A DNA stretch of 64,000 nt, taken from Torpedo marmorata (taxonomy: Eukaryota). Shown one piece after another: positions 62,065 through 64,000 of this stretch (its first letter is position 1; each line of letters opens with the position of its first letter). The stretch lies in NCBI GenBank assembly GCA_977017645.1, contig OZ360234.1, positions 35,092,001-35,156,000 of the forward strand, read 5' to 3'. The position numbers and the translations under genes are program-made. Below the pieces are notes generated by a model. The model saw only the letters and a program-made list of their open reading frames with translations. It was not told the origin of the DNA and made no database searches.

Positions 62065-63035
62065 TAAGTAAAAACACCAAAATGCTGGAGGAACTCAGAT
62101 GGTCATTTCAGCATCTATAGGAGACAAAGATTTATTGCCGACATTTCGGGCCTGAGCCCTTCAAGGAAAAAAAAATCAGAAAAGGCAGAAGCAGGATATA
62201 CCAGAAAGTCTCAGAATTCAAACAATGGGGGAGGAATCCAGACCAACAAAAGGTGTTAATTGGATGTGATAAGGGACTAGGTAGAATTTATCATGACTGT
62301 GCGAAAGGAGATGGAATGGAGAGACGACAGGGGAAAGCAGGGGGTGGGGGGGGGGGGGGGGTGGAGTTTAACGAAAGCCAGAGAAGTCTATATTAATGCC
62401 ATCCGGTTGGAGGGTGCCCAGTTGGAAGATGAGGTGTTGTTCCTCCAATTTACAGGTGGTCTCAGTCTGGCAGTGCATGAGACCATGGACAGACACGTCA
62501 GCAAGGGAATGGGATGGAGAATTGAAATGGGTGGCCACTGAGAGATCCACGCTATTGCGGCGGACAGAGCTGAGGTGCTCAACAAAGCAATCTCCCAGTC
62601 TGCATCCAGTCTCTCCGATGTAGAGGAGACCACAGCGGGAGCACTGGATGCAGTAGATGACCCCTGCAGATTCACAAGTGAAATGTTGCTTCACCTGGAG
62701 GTGAATCTATGGACACTTGGTGACTCTGGGGGGACTCTCTTTTGCTTCTCTTTCTCTGACTGTAAGGAATGTTAGAGGCGCCTAGGCAGTTTCTGCCGAT
62801 GGCGAATCTGTCTGCCTTGGAGCAGGCAAAAAGAAATTTCGTGGTATAGGACACTGTCGTATTGCTGTGACAATAAATTGAATCTTGAATCTTGAATCTT
62901 GAAGGACTGTTTGGGGCCCCGAATGGTCGTGAGGGAGGTGGTATGGGCACAAGTGGAGCATCTCCTGCGGTCACAGGGGTAGGTCCCAAGGGGATGATTG
63001 GTGGAGAGGGAGGAGTGGACAAGGGAGTCACAAAT
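62065..63035 (-). mobile_element. Penelope-like element (GIY-YIG endonuclease and pseudo-LTR), interrupted
   Basis: VIYCIQCSRCGLLYIGETGCRL...ATHF...EEQHLIFQLGTLQPDGIN; upstream CDRRRCSTC motif. Confidence 0.88.
62697..62903 (+). mobile_element. Family C 3' fragment nested in the Penelope element
   Basis: Near-identical to 26075-26255; (tcttgaa)3 tail. Confidence 0.8.
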
Positions 63036-64000
63036 TGCTTGGAACAGCAAAAGTCCTCTGCCTTGCGAGTTATTGTGCTGAAACAATGTTAAGTACACAT
63101 CCAGTTGCTGACTCCACATCAAGGCCTTTATCACACTGTTGTAAATACCTTAACAGCTGCTGACTACAAAATTATTTCTGGGAAACTAACCAATGATAAG
63201 AAGATACATCTTAGAAGCACAAAGTTCAGAGCACTCAGCCTACCTAAATTATTGTAAGGATTCTTGGGTCAGCACATTTTAATTCTAAGCAGTAAAATTC
63301 ACATTAAACTCAATTATGTTGCATGATAAAGATGACTAAACATTTTAATTAGGTTGACAAGAAGGCAAGATGCAATCACAGCACAGCACTATGATATCTG
63401 AACTATGCACTGAATGAACTGCAAATCAGTTTTTGTTTGGACAAGATTACGGAGGCCCAAACTTGCACGATATCTGAAGATCACATGCCCTCGTGGAAAA
63501 CCGTGGACATTTTTTTTTATCATATTGACATCTATGACCTGTGTTTTAAGTCTTTTCACAAGTACCCACTTCCCCATTTATTCTTGAAGAATCCAATTGA
63601 TATTGGGCAACTCTCCAATGTTTTGACCAAGACCCCTTCTTCAAATGTGCTTCTAAAAGACAATAGTGAGGTGGTCTGAAGTACAAGGTTTGATGACTGC
63701 GGTCAGGGGTTTCCACTGAGCTCAGTTACATCTTCAGCCCTTGCCCACACAAATACCCTTTCCAGAGTTGTTAACCAATAGCAATGAAGAGAAGGAACCC
63801 TAACAGAGGGCCTCTCCTTAAATATGGGAGCACTAAAGACAGTTGTTTTCCTCTCCCCAAAAAGTTAATCAGGAGACAAAAAAAAGTGCCTTCACTAATC
63901 AGCACATCATGTTATCAAATAACAAAGTTCGTCTCAGGATTTAACCTTCTTGCTTGATACAAATGAATAAACACTTAAATTAGTTATTTAAAAAAATAAA

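Overview
Vertebrate genomic DNA, most likely a cartilaginous fish (HE1/V-SINE-type SINEs plus Rex1, CR1 and Penelope retroelements). Two conserved genes lie tail-to-tail. DKC1 (dyskerin, + strand) is present from exon 2 to its stop (1894-18842; exon 1 is upstream of the window) and has one more lysine-rich exon than the 15-exon human gene. MPP1 (p55 MAGUK, - strand) is present as exons 2-12 (49117 down to 21249); exon 1 was not found. DKC1 introns host five recognisable snoRNAs: the expected H/ACA RNAs SNORA36 (intron 8) and SNORA56 (intron 12), plus a long SNORD17-type C/D RNA (intron 6) and two orphan U83/U84-type (SNORD117/SNORD84) C/D RNAs (introns 7 and 11), which human hosts in other genes. 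The introns also contain Rex1/Babar, CR1 and L1-like LINE pieces, Penelope fragments with minimal hammerhead-ribozyme motifs, Tigger/Tc2/hAT MITEs, and a tRNA-Thr(TGT)-headed SINE with a solo LTR inserted at its 5' end. There is a 931-N gap at 33217-34147. Family names come from recalled reference sequences; no database search was run. Repeat boundaries are approximate.
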